Of a stretch of 64,000 bases of DNA, positions 1-12,595 are shown one piece after another (positions within the stretch are counted from its first letter, which is position 1; every line of letters begins with the position of its first letter). Origin of the DNA: Minutocellus sp. GHC0000111. Its lineage: Eukaryota. Below the pieces are notes generated by a model. The model did no database searches. It was not told the origin of the DNA and saw nothing but the letters and a program-made list of their open reading frames with translations. The position numbers were made by a program, and so were the translations under genes. The stretch spans positions 1,736,001-1,800,000 of the forward strand of contig OZ361260.1 in assembly GCA_977018835.1 (NCBI GenBank), read 5' to 3'.

Positions 1-183
1 GGCAAACGCATCACAGTAGCAGCCACTTTGGCCCCCTTCAGTAACTAAATAGATATAGCCAACTAGTCGTTGGTATGGTAAAGGTAACCTCGAAAATATC
101 TATCCTAGATAGCTACGTAGCTAGTCAAAGCTAAGAAAAAAAAACGATTATCTTTACGGGTTGCTGTTAGCTTGAAGAGATCA

Positions 184-3100
184 TCACTTAAATGGATCGA
201 ACTGAGCCAAATTGTTTAGATTCACATTTGGCTGGGCTTGCTGGGGCGGCGCGGCTCCCGGGTACTGCTGCATCTGCTGTGCAGATGGCTGCTGCTGTTG
301 CTGTTGATACATTCCTGGATGTTGCTGTTGCTGTCCATAAGTTGTGGCTGGAGGATAAGCTGCCATAGAAGGTGGTCGCTGCTGCTGAGGTTGCTGAGTC
401 TGAGAGACCTGGTAGCCAGTCATTGCTTGAGCAGACGGTGCCGCCTGTTGTTGCTGCGGCTGCTGCCCATAACCTTGCATAGGACGCTGTTGCGACTGTT
501 TTTGGTACCCTTGCACTGCCGGCGCAGTCTGATACCCCCCTTGCTGCTGCATGGCCCCGGGATGAGCTGCCGACTGCGCATAATGTTGTGCAGGTTGATT
601 ACTTGGTTGGGGAGACGCCATCGCGCGTACACCGGGCATTTGATGCTGCTGCTGCGGCCGATACTGCTGCTGCGTTGCGTGAGCTGGTTGTGCGATTATC
701 GCCGGTATAGGAGCAGCCGGGGTTGGAGCTGGCACCGATCCCTGCATTTGCTGCATACTGGGCGAGGGAGCACCATGAGCCGGCGGCATGGCAGCAGGTG
801 CAGGTACAGGCTGGGCAGCTGGCACCGGTGCCGACGGAGCCGGTGCAGCAGCAGAAGTTACTGCTGCAGCACTGAAAATGTCGGCAAGCTCATCGGTGCT
901 CGTCTGCGGGGCGAAAGTATCGCGCCTGGACACCTGCTGCTGCTGCTGCTGTTGAGCGGGTGGCTGAGGAGCCGGAGCAGCGCCCATGGAGAGCAAGTCG
1001 GTAGCATAAGCGCTTGGAGCTGGGGCTGCTGCAGGTTGCGGCGCCATCTGACCGAGAGCGGCTTGTCCTTGTGATGGAGGAGGCGGGGCCGGTGCAACTC
1101 GAGCGCTGCCGGCGATAAAGCTTGGGCGGACAAGGTTGTGGATGTCGGCAAGTCTCATGTTCACGCGCAATCTTGCGTCCTTGGGAGGTGGCCTCGGCCG
1201 CGGAAGCTGACCTCGCCGACGCGAGTTAGCCGCTGCCCGTCTCTGTGTAAAGAGTTTGGCCCGGTCAACAATCATGTCATAGACATGACTAGCCATCTGT
1301 CGAATCTGTACCGAATTCTGTGCCCGAAGAGCAAAATCATACGATTTAAGGTCTCGAATCTTGTCGATGCCATCCTCAGCTTCGGTCACCACGGTGAGAG
1401 GGCCGTGGAGTAGCAGCTCACGAAGCAACTGCAGGGCAAAAAGGCCGTGCTTCCACTGCGTCGCTCGGCTATCGCGGATACGTTCCCAAATAACAGCCAT
1501 GACATCCACCAAGATGTAGCCGCACTCGTTGCACTCTGCACAAATTTCCGCCAGCGCTTGAGGGACCGCCGGTTCGTTGCGACTGTTGGATGTGAGTGTC
1601 ATGGCTTTACGCCGGATTGCCACGTCCCAATCAATTAGATACTGGCTAGGGTTCTCTGTCTGGGCCACTTGACGGACTACTCGTCGAACATTCAAATGAC
1701 TAAAGTCCATCCTCTGAACTCGGTGATAATTGGAAGCCAATAGGAACAGAGGAGCATCCTTCTTCACAGGCTGGCGCGCTCGAACCTCCTCCACGCGGGC
1801 GTTGGCAAACTGCTCAAAGATTTGTGTTTGAACAAAAGTTGACAGGAGCGGATACATGGGAGTTCCCTCGGCGTCACCAGCCCTGCGTCGTTCAGCAACG
1901 AATTTGTCCTTATCAAGCACAGGTGGCTGTCCCGGTCCCGGCTGCGTCAAGTACCAGCGCATATCACCCAAGATGCAAAGGAAGAAGGACGTGAAGGCAA
2001 TGCGGGCCTCCTCCTCAGATGCCTCGTTCTCATACCCCTCGCCAAAGGTGTAGTTGGTTTCGGGGGGGACAGCTGGACCAGCGCCAGCGCCAGCGCCTTC
2101 CTGCTGTTGGCCATTGGCATCAACTCCGCCACTGCCGTGCACGGAAGCCTCCCTCGACGATCCGCCGCCAACGCCATTCTGTTCCATGGCCTGCTCCACC
2201 ACATCGCCCATACTGCTCATGTTGGAACGCTGCGACATGGTGTCGCTGGCGGGAAAGCTCCGCTGCGAATCCGTGATCTTGGACGATTGCTTCTTGATCC
2301 GTTTCATCGCACCCTTGAACAAATTGTTGGCTTTACCGGCGGCAATCGAAGCGGCGGCACCCACCTTATCCTGCACGTTGGTTGGTCCGTATCCGCTCCC
2401 CTTGTCGGCCTTGATGCATTCGGCCAGGTCCTGACCGAGGATTTCCGCCAAGCTCACATACGGCTGTCCATAATCCGGCTGAATGGCCGGCCGGAGCAGA
2501 TCCGGAATGAACGATGTCGGATTGCTCACATTGATGCACTCCATCTCGTTCGTGTCGAGGTTGAACACCAGCACCTCGCCCAGACCAGGGATGCGGCTGA
2601 TGGCCGGTGCGTGCGACGCCAGCACGCCGACCAGGTAGGGCATCGGCGCGGCGAGGTACGTCATCATCCCCGGGGGCAGCATGGGCACGTACACGTGCTG
2701 CCACGCCAGCACTCCCTGGGCCAACATCGACAATGCTCCGCGGGCACAACCGGTGAGACGGGCGGGACTCCGCGAAGTCAGCACGACGCGACGCTCGCAA
2801 AGCAGCGCCGAAAGCAGCCGAAGGGCGTTGGACACACCGACGCACCTCAGCAACGGCAACAACTGCGAGGACGTCGTCGACAGCGCATCAATTTCAGAAT
2901 GCGCATGGAGCAATGCCGTCGGCACCAGCAGCTTGAACGTATCGACGGGAATGCTGTACGGCTTGTTGCCAAATTCCAACGCGCTCATGGTAATCACGTT
3001 GGGCTTGTTGGCCATCTCGTCGCCCGCGGCGGCATACTTGGCGCACAGGGCCCGGTGGTTGTGGTACACTCCGTGCAGAAAGGTTTGCTGCGGGTCGGAC

Positions 3101-4191
3101 CGGGGCTGCAACGCGGGTCGGTTGGCCAAGGCCATCTCCTGACTGCCAATGGCTTCCACGGTCTTGAGGAGGGCGGCGTAGAACCGTTCCCCACCGCTGC
3201 CGCGGGTAAGCACAATGGAAGCCCGGATGCCGCGCCGTCCGACGTCGTATCGGGCCTTGGCATTGGCGTTGGGGGGCAAATATCTCCGAACGTGGCCGTA
3301 CACTCTGGCACCGGTGCTGAGCTGCATGGCAAAGGTGTGATGGCACGAGGCCGGAGAGCCCGGGGTGAGCAGGTACAGATCGTGGCGGTTCAGCCCGGCG
3401 CCGGAGTTGGGCGGCATCTGCGGCTTTTGGGTCATTTCGGCGGCTGCCGCGGCAGGATATGCACGGAAAAAGGATGGAAGGATAACGCAAATAAAAGATG
3501 AGATTGATGCGCACGTAGTGGCAGTAAATGAATAATGCAATCGTCTGCATCTAACTAAGAATTCCGCCCGATCGCAAACACACGACGCACAAGTGGGACA
3601 CCAACAACAGTCCGCAATATGTACTGCAGTGCGTTGCGACAAGAACCACCAACGCAATGCAATTCACAGCAATTGCAACGCACCATGAGCCTGGTCGTCG
3701 AATTCCGGAAAGGCAAACCGAGCGATGCGGGCGAGGGTGTTGTCCCCGCTCAACTCTTCGGCAATCTTTTGGTTGGCCGCGTCCTCCTCGGCACTAGTGC
3801 CGTCCGAGTTGGATGTAGGTGGAGCTATAACCGCCTTGGGCGGACAACCGTCCGAGGCGGCCGGGTGGGGCAGATCCAGGTAGAGGTCATAGGCCGGGAG
3901 GGTCCGACCGGCCGAAGCTGCGGTAGGTGCTGGTGCTGGTTGCGGAGCAGCTGGGGCAGTTTGCAGAGACGGCTGCGCAGCGGCGGGGGCGGGAGCGCCA
4001 TTCTGCTGGTGCTGCTGCTGCTGTGCGAACGCCGGTGCCTGCTGCTGTTGAGCGTGCTGCTGAGTCTGATACGGCACCTGCTGCGCCTGTTGTGCCGGCA
4101 TCTGCTGCGCCTGTTGTGCCGGCATCTGCTGCTGCGCATAAGCGGCACCGGCGCCGGGCTGCTGGGCAAACGCCGGCGGCGGCTGCGACAT
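184..4191 (-). CDS. DENN-domain protein (Rab GEF-like) with a downstream ENTH domain and a Q/P-rich tail; 2 exons (4191-3684, 3443-184)
   Basis: uDENN/DENN motifs IARFAFPE, HTFAMQLSTGARVYGHVRR, ALLCERRVV and WQHVYVPMLP...LAAPMPYLVGV; dDENN motif FVQTQIFEQF; ENTH motif IWERI...WKHGLFALQLLRELLLHG. A GT-AG intron at 3683-3444 joins the two ORFs in frame (CAT G|CC GCC GAA ATG). Confidence 0.85.
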
Positions 4192-4775
4192 GATGCTTCG
4201 AAACTAGGGAATGCCCCGTGCACAAAGTCACCTTCAACTATCCGATGCCAAGAAGGGCGCACTGCAACCAAGATTCGCCAAATGCAACCGAGGAAAGATG
4301 GAGGCCGATGGAACGAACGGCACGCGGAGACGGCACAAGCAAGGCAAGGCGAGGCAGCACAAAATCCGCGTCAGCTGTTATGTGCTCGAATCTCAGGACC
4401 GAGAGTTAGTCCCAGCGACGACCAATGCAGATTGGTAGAGGAGCAAAGGGCGCCTGTAACAGCGGTGCACTGTGAGTAGCGGCGACTGTGATGCTCGCTC
4501 GGTCGGTCGGCAGGTCGCTCTCCCTCTCCGTCTTGCTTCATTTTTGGCGGCATGGCGCCTCTCAACGCCCGCTTTCCGAGATGACGTCATTTTATTTCGG
4601 GTTTAATTTTTGGTCTGGCCTTCGTCGCCATCTCAAGAAAAAGCAGAGGTCACAATGGGGAAGAAGAACGGAACGGAACGGAACGGAAGAAGAAGAGCGG
4701 CAACCTTTGCTTCCCTCCGAGCCCTGACTGCTTTCATCCTGTTGTCTGATTCGATACCTTTGGAGCTATAGAACC

Positions 4776-6728
4776 ATGTCCCACACGCTCGGCGTCGGCC
4801 GGAGGGCCGCCCTCCACGCCGCCCGCAGAATACGGTCCACATCGGCGGCCGCATCGGCAGTTTCCATCAGCAGTTCGGCTCCTTCCGCGGCGGCAGGTAT
4901 GACTGCGAGGCGACTTCCTGGAGCTACCGCAGCATCCGCATCCGCGGCCACCTACTCGTCCCTGTCGGGCAGGAGCATCCTCTCCTCGTCTTCTCTGTCG
5001 GTCGAATCTACCCCCAACAGCAGTTCCACTCGGCAGCAGCCGCAAATTCGGCACATGTCGACCGACGATCTGCCGTACCATCTGGTGGTGGGCATGCCCG
5101 CCCTCTCCCCGACCATGGAGGCCGGCACCATCGCCGAATGGAACGTCAAGGAGGGCGAGGCCTTTGCGGCGGGCGATTCCGTCGCCGAGATCGAAACCGA
5201 CAAGGCCACCATTGGTACGTATCGTTGCGTTCCATAAGTGGGAAAATTAAATTGCCTGAGAGTGGAAGGATGCACGCATATGCATGTATGCATGCGTGTG
5301 TGTGCGTGATTGTTACTTTCAAGTGCAGCTTATAATTATTGCTTTTGATAATTTATCCAGATCATAACATTCCATTTCTAACTCCAACCGTCTCATCGTG
5401 CCTCAAACCACAAACATAATGCGACATATTTTGTCCTGTATTTTTTGCTATCTTGACTTGGGAATTGCGCCTATACAGCCTTTGAGGCTCAGGACGATGG
5501 ATATGTCGCCAAGATTCTGGTGGAGGCCGGAAGCGGAGAGATACCGGTGGGCACGCCCGTCATGGTCACAGTGGAAGAGGAGGAGGACATTGCCGCCTTT
5601 AAGGACTTTGTTGCGCCGGAGGCTGCTGCGGCGGCTGCCCCTGCTGGTGATGCCGCGGAGGAGGCTTCTGCCGCTGCTGCTGCCCCTGCGGCTGCTCCGG
5701 CAGCCACTGCCACCGCTGCCCCTGCTCGGGATGTTCCGCCGGAATTTGCTCTCATGCCCTCGGCTAGATCCATTTCCCAATCGGCCGGTGTCGATGCCAC
5801 CGTCTTGGAGGGTACCGGCAAGGGTGGACGCGTGACCAAGGGGGACGTCCTCAAAGCCCTCAAGGATGGTGTGTACATGCCTCCTCTGGCCGCCAAGGCT
5901 GCCGATGCAGCTCCAGCGGCCCAAGCTGCCGCAGCAGCACCAGCAGCGCCTGCCGCTGCCCCCACTCCGATCGATGTGACCATTCCACCCATCACTACCG
6001 ATTCCACCTACGAGGACGTGCCGAACAACAACATGCGCAAGGTCATCGCCAAGCGCCTCACCGAGTCCAAATCGCAAGTTCCTCATTTCTACACCACCGT
6101 CCAGATTGAGCTCGATGCCGCGCTCGCTCTGCGCAAGCAGCTGGCGAACAACCACGACGTCAAGGTCAGTGTCAACGATCTGGTCATCCGAAGTGCCGCG
6201 CTGGCCCTTCGCGACGTCCCCGAGGTCAATGCCACGTACAATCCCAAGACCAACACGGTCAGCACACACGATACCGTCGACATTTCCGTAGCCGTTGCCA
6301 CCCCTACTGGACTTATTACCCCCATCGTCCCGCAAACGTCCACGCTGGGCCTGTCGGAGATATCGGCATCGGTCAAGGATTTGGCCACCCGTGCCCGCGA
6401 CGGCAAGCTCGCCCCGGAGGAATATCAGGGCGGTACCTTCTGCATCTCCAACCTGGGCATGTTTGGCATTACCGAGTTTTCGGCCGTCATCAACCCACCC
6501 CAGGCGGCCATCCTGGCCGTCGGCGGTGGTGTCAAGACGGTGGTTCCGGGTGAATGGATCGACGATGAGGAGAAGAATGCTTCCGATGCCAAGAGACGGC
6601 CGACCGTCAAGACGCTCATGACGGCTCGACTCAGTGCCGATCGAAGAGTTGTCGATGAGGCTACCGCTGCGTTGTTCCTCTCGTCACTGAACAAGTATCT
6701 GGCCAAGCCTGAGTTGCTCATGCTTTAA
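4776..6728 (+). CDS. PDHX: Mitochondrial pyruvate dehydrogenase E2-family protein, probably the non-catalytic E3-binding protein (component X-like); intron 5215-5478
   Basis: Ser/Arg/Ala-rich presequence; lipoyl domain MPALSPTM...IETDKAT; E3-binding domain [13 protein letters not shown]; core domain [13 protein letters not shown]. The usual DHRVVDG motif reads DRRVVDE. The intron joins [11 protein letters not shown]. Confidence 0.85.
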
Positions 6729-6856
6729 TAGATAAAAGTGAACTGTTGTTTATACCAATGGTAAACCTCTAAATTTTTTACTGAGCGCGGAATTGCGACT
6801 GCGCGTTTGTTCTTTCTTACTAGTACTCTAAAACATATACTTTTCATGCACGTGGT

Positions 6857-9800
6857 TTACAAGCATCGTCCATCTCCGTGGCAAACACGGGAGCAACACT
6901 CGGCGTCAGACAAACACAATGCACCTGTTCCAGTATCGGGAGCGCACCCACCATCATATGAGGTCACCAGATCATCATCTGAATATCCATTGTTGATCAT
7001 CTTCTCCATGACCGGGACAAACTCGCGAATCCAATCTGCCTGGTCGTCAGCATAAAGATCGACCCAGTCTGCAAGAGTACGGCTATCGCCCGGATAAAGA
7101 TAGTCCTGCCTAGAACAATCTGCCGGGCAGGCGTCGTCCGTCCAGTCATTCTTGGTGACACGTTCTGCGTTCGGATCATCCCAAGCAAGTGTAGGGTCAA
7201 CGAACCGAGGACGCCCATCGATGCCACAAGTCTCGTCGGAAAATCGGAAGCCAGAAGGGTAGAAGGTTTGGAGACCCGGGCAGCCATATGGAAAACCGCG
7301 GATGTCGACATCGAATTTATACCTCAGTCCCATGTCGCTGCCCATGGCGGCCTCGTCTCTTCCGAAGATGAAATGGCTATACTCACAGCCATCCGAGAAG
7401 TCATCGTCGCGATCAAAGGCCCTTGATCCAGGTAGGCCCATACCGTCGGGCCGGCACTGGGCTCCCTCAGGAACATTGTTCAGGCAACAGTCTCTGTCTT
7501 GGGCAAGGCGCTGGGGATTGCGCCCGCCACGCTCATAGCTTCGATCTGCGCAATTTGGACAAACGACCTGCAGTAGTTATGAGCGAAAGAAAGTTACAAA
7601 GCGTAGAAGGGTCAGTATAGACTACATGTAAGTAGGACCAGAGAAATGAGAGGAAAGTAGATAATACATAGCCATGGTGTATTTTCTATTACTCACCTTT
7701 TTCTGGATCCATTGGATTGGGCCACCTGTTCGGTAGACTTGGTTCATCTTCGCAATCCATACAGCATGTCCCTTATTCCCCCAAGCATCACCAACTCTTG
7801 TGCACTCAGCATCATCGAAGAACCAATCGGGCTTGCCTGCAATATTCCGATAGTACTGATTGTTGAAAGCTTGATAATCGGTAGCCCAAACATACTTGTG
7901 GCCTGTCTGTCGTTGATGGAATCTTCCCACTGTATGGGCTCCCATGATGGTCACAGTCTCTTTAGCGCTGAAACCAAAGTTGTCTTCCATGAATCGTACC
8001 GTCATGGTGCCATTGAAGTGTTCGTCGGGGGCATTCTCTTTCTTCTCGGTATTGTAGGAATCCCCATCGCAGTCCTTTCGGCCTGTCTTAAAAACAAATG
8101 GGCGGGGAAGCTCGATTCTGCATTGATCTTCGCCCTCAAACTGAGTGCACATGATTGGGCCATTGTGAGGCGACCGACGGTCACCACTACATGCCCAATT
8201 GTGCCGCTGAATACCTTCTTCGATGGCAACAAGACTCGCAAAAGCCCACAGGTCAGCACGCGACTTTCCTCGGCTCTGTAGTGACCAGCTTTCAGCCTCG
8301 CAGTGTGCATCGGCAGCAATCAAGCGTCCAGATCCACTGGTTTGGCGCATGGTACCAGTACTATTGAACAAACGGCAGGGTCCTCTGGAGTTGAGGGTTC
8401 TCATATGTGGAACGGTAAAGTACCTGCAATCGGTGGTATTCCAACAATGATCACGGCACTCTTCGATGCTGCTCACTGTAATTGGCTCATATCTTGTGTT
8501 GGCAAGATGGACATCCTGACCAACCACAGCACCAGGCTTGATGTAGCAGCCCGATGCCCACGTCTTTCCCAAATCAAGAGTGAATATATACTCCAGAAAC
8601 TCGATAGTGTCCCCAAGTCCATTGTTGCTCGAGCTAGGGCGGGGACGCTCGAAATCTTCGTAGTTTCGCCCTTCGACTCGACCATCGTGACGGAATCCAC
8701 CATTCTCCCAATTAACGCACCCATCACAACTGCCAGTATCGTCGCCCTGGTAATGCAAACAGTCATGGAAGGGTAGACGGATGAACTTGGCGGAGCTGAT
8801 CTCGTCGAGTCCGGCTGTGTTTGTATAGATTTATTTACAAAAAATGGTAACGGAAGAAGGCGCAGAGTAAGTTAGAAAGCAATGTTTCAGTATGCATTGA
8901 AAGAGTTATATCATGGTATGCATGCGGCATCGCTCGTAATATGTAGCTATATACTCACCTGTGGCTTGCCGCATTTCGAAAGTGAGGATATCACGGACGA
9001 CAGCCATCTCGAAGAGGCTCCAAGGCTGACCTCCCTCACCGGAATACTGTGGCACATGATGATCCCCTACATTTCTTCCGTCGACCATAATGTCTTTGAT
9101 CCAGCGCCCTTCTGCCACGCTTTCGAAATTCACCGATACATCAAGGGGTGTTGTATAAACTCCTCTTGGCATTCCAGGCCGGAAATCATCTGGTTCTTGC
9201 CAAGACGATTCATCATCGTTCAACATACCACAGATTGCTGCTCCTGTCACATTCTCGGCCCATTCGCACCCGGGTGCACCACGTCTCCAGTCAAAGGCGC
9301 TGCAACATAGTCCTAATGCGCCGCAATATTGAGGACAGGAGCGATCCTGCCCCCATTGGTCTCCTGAAAACCCACAGGCAGCCTCACAGAGGAAGCCTTC
9401 GTTCATCACATCGCTGTTTGTATCAACTACAGGGCTTGGTGCGGGCGGATTTGACGAGGGTGAGCTCGGAGGTGAAGGCTCGTCATTACTTTCATTAATA
9501 TCCTTGTATGCGCCGCACTGAGAAGACGGACCATCTGGATCGGGTAAACCCCAAGCAGCGAGCTCACATCCCGGCACACCTCGCTCCCCATCAACGACGC
9601 GACAACACTGTCCACTGCCGTTGGGGATGCCGTCCCACCCACCGCAGAAGGCACAGTCTGCGCCAAATCCATCGGGGCATTTGCCGGAGCAAGCCAGGCC
9701 TTCATTCCTCAGCCCGATGGGCGGGTCACCGGCCCACGCACCGCATCTGGAACCACTCACGATTTGATATGCCAGCTCACAACCCGGGACGCCGTTCTGA

Positions 9801-10165
9801 TAGTCGGTAGAGCGACAGCACTGCCCGGTGCCGCAGTAGGCACAGTTGCCAGCGGTGGAGTCGCAGAAGCCTCAGCAACCCTTGCCTTCGTTGAGCAGAC
9901 CATCTTGGAGGGATCTAGGGTCATATCTGTTGAAAGGTTGAGAAGAATGATCATCTTCTTCTGCACCCAGACGGCGCTGTCGGCGACGTGATTCAGCCAG
10001 CTCATCCGAGAGCTCGGCCGCGAATCCAGTAGAGTAAGGACATGGGGCCTTCCTGAGGCCGCCGCCAGCGGTGCCGGCTTTGTCATCATCAGAAGAGTAG
10101 GATGGGTATGCAGTGGCCAAGGCGAGTTGGGCGGAAAGGACGAGCAGATGTAGATTCAACTTCAT
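6857..10165 (-). CDS. Secreted non-animal heme peroxidase with three N-terminal Cys-rich repeats and an inserted PAN/apple-like module; exons 10165-8959, 8814-7697, 7567-6857; in-frame TGA at 9872-9874, so possibly a pseudogene
   Basis: Signal peptide MKLNLHLLVLSAQLALATA; distal motif FIRLPFHDC...CDGC; SRADLWAFA; proximal motif IMGAHTVG; FNNQYY; SDMGL; YADDQADWIREF...MEKM. Both GT-AG introns preserve the frame. Confidence 0.8.
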
Positions 10166-10535
10166 TGTCTTTCTCGAGATGTGCTTTTTTGTTGAAGAAT
10201 TCGAGAATAATGAGGTAGGTGATGAGAGAAAATGAAGCGAGTTCAAAGTATTTTGCAAATCAAAAATGACTGCGGCATTGAAGAGGCAGGGATGTGTTGT
10301 GTGCCTTCTTCGGTGGATCATCTTCGACGACGACGGTGGGGGGACAAATTTCAGCTTGGTGGGAACAGAGAGGTGACGGGAACAGAGGGGCCTGCGGGGC
10401 TTATGTAGGAGTTGGTGAATGTACTTTTTCAACGTCGCAGGTGCTTGTGCGATCGCGAGAAAGATTGAAAGATACCAAACGCTCCTACGTGCCTGGGAAA
10501 TACTGCTTATCCGCCTACCAACGAAGCAAAAAATA

Positions 10536-11003
10536 ATGGCGATCAAAGCTACCCCCCTTCCACCTGACGCAAAGTCTCGCATGATCCCTTCGTTTTTAGG
10601 TTATCTCGGCGTCATCGGTGCATTCGTGACGCCAAAGGAAAGCTTTGTGACAGTCGAAAGGGCAATTGCCTTCACGATGATTGTTTACGCGGGCTTCTTT
10701 GCTCTATTCACCTTCCTCCCCACGATGTTTTTCAAGGATAATTTCTCCAAGCCCCCAAAGGATAACTTTGGAGAGCTGTTCATGGTCATGTTCGGCTTCC
10801 AAGGCTTCGGCCAGCTGTACCTCATCCATATTGCCGACAAGCACCTTGCCTTTCCTGCTGTTTGTGCCATTAATGCAGGAATCTGCTACGTAGGACCCCA
10901 GCGTGGAGAAATTCTCAATGCACCCAACGTCCTACCAAACCACATTGTCCCTCATGCTGGGTTGCTTTTGTGTTCGATCGCACTCCTTTCTACTCTCCCT
11001 TAG
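10536..11003 (+). CDS. Small multi-pass membrane protein of unknown function
   Basis: About 155 aa from the ATG at 10536 with several hydrophobic segments; divergent from the peroxidase gene. Confidence 0.6.
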   Translation: MAIKATPLPPDAKSRMIPSFLGYLGVIGAFVTPKESFVTVERAIAFTMIVYAGFFALFTFLPTMFFKDNFSKPPKDNFGELFMVMFGFQGFGQLYLIHIADKHLAFPAVCAINAGICYVGPQRGEILNAPNVLPNHIVPHAGLLLCSIALLSTLP

Positions 11004-11427
11004 CTACGTAGCTACAGTAGTAGCTACTAGCTACATTTGCTGGGATTGGTATTGGCTTTTAGGCTAGCGGCATTTCGTTTCGTTGACATTGAACAAGTTT
11101 TGGCCTAGCCTAGCTAGTATGTTAATGTTATTGATATCGATATGGCAATATAAGTGACAACTAGTACACTGTATGCATTTTGAGATAAGATATCACATGC
11201 GATACCATGCTAATGATATGCTGTTTTTTATTTATTTTGACATACGTTATGCGTGTTATTAATTTGACGCATCTATTGGAGGAAAGGGGAGGAACAGCGC
11301 ACCCTTCCCCTTTTGTTGTTATCAATACTTCACTCTCTTCTACATCTGTTACTCTTTCAATCGAGAGATCCAGGCACCAAACTTTTCTACAGGTACAGTA
11401 TTCATTCACCAATAAATATTCTCCCAT

Positions 11428-12147
11428 TCACCTTCCACCACAGCCCATGACTTCACCCAAGCCCCAAAACAATGTGCTGAGATATTGGTTGGCAAAGTCC
11501 GTCTCTTCTGGTACGTGACATCCAGCCATCAATGCCTGTGTACCGTGACTCTTCTCCACAACTTCCATGGTATCACTTCGCACAAGCATACGACCCTTCT
11601 CACTACCACCGTCTTTACCATGTAATCTACCAACAGCTGGCGAAGCGGCAACGGCTGCCACCAAGCTATTGGATCGCCAATCGGCCGCACGTCGGCGGCA
11701 TTCCACCTCGGCATCAGATTCGTCACTGTCGGATAGATCGTCAAAGGTGTCGTCCATGAGGGAACCTGAATGATCACTTCGGAGGCTCGACATGGTCACC
11801 CCGGATCGGCCGGAGAAGACGGTATTGTGCGTAGTGTGCGATGCCACGGAGACGGAGGTTAGGGATGGGCAGTAATCCTCCGAGTCTCCCGACATGGTAT
11901 CGAGCAGATCGGGGATTTTGGAGAGAGCTCCTCCTTCTGTTTTGCTGTTCGCTGCTGCTGCTCCACTGTTGCGAATGTGTCCGTTTTGCTGCACCTGTTC
12001 GCGACTACTGTGGGCCGCTGGGCTGTGATCAGCCGGAAGCTGAATCGATACGTTTCTCATGCTGCTTTGTAGGTGGCCGATCGAGGAATCAGAAATCGCT
12101 GGTTTGTTACTTTTGCCGTCTACTTTGGGAATGTCACAAGTGCTCAT
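11428..12147 (-). CDS. Hypothetical Ser/Asp-rich low-complexity protein; a short extra 3' exon near 11330-11345 is possible
   Basis: 239-aa ATG-initiated ORF; possible donor AG|gtgaat at its end. Confidence 0.5.
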   Translation of the reverse strand: MSTCDIPKVDGKSNKPAISDSSIGHLQSSMRNVSIQLPADHSPAAHSSREQVQQNGHIRNSGAAAANSKTEGGALSKIPDLLDTMSGDSEDYCPSLTSVSVASHTTHNTVFSGRSGVTMSSLRSDHSGSLMDDTFDDLSDSDESDAEVECRRRAADWRSNSLVAAVAASPAVGRLHGKDGGSEKGRMLVRSDTMEVVEKSHGTQALMAGCHVPEETDFANQYLSTLFWGLGEVMGCGGR

Positions 12148-12595
12148 CTACTTTTTCTTTTTTGATGTCTGGCTTTGGCGCCTCTTCACAGATGATTAGT
12201 TCGTGCCGAGTTCGGGTCGACCTGACTTATTGACTCGTGCCCCTCGAAAGTCAAATTTTGAATGGCTCGAGAGATTTCCACTCACATTCACTGTCTTTGA
12301 TTGTAGTCTAAATGCTCTGGTCGAGCTGCGCCTTGGTGGGATGAATTATTGCCATTCATCGACGAATGTCACAAATTTGCGCGCCGGCCTGTTGGCCAGC
12401 CGACTTGTGACGCAGATTCGATTCAGTCGAGTGAGTCGACATTATCATGCGTAAAAAGCCTCCAAAGGAAGCCAGCTCGAGCACACAGCTCGAGCACTTT
12501 TCCGTCAATCATTCGAACTTTCAACATTGCGTGACATTGCAGGCCACATCTTGATTCACATACCCTCCATTTCCTCTTTCAAAGATAATAAAACA

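Noticed and set aside
238..3501. Long plus-strand ORFs (238-1074, 2107-3501) and similar antisense ORFs over CAF-1, Sec6 and E2
   Set aside because: These are shadow frames of GC-rich coding sequence on the opposite strand and carry no motifs of their own.
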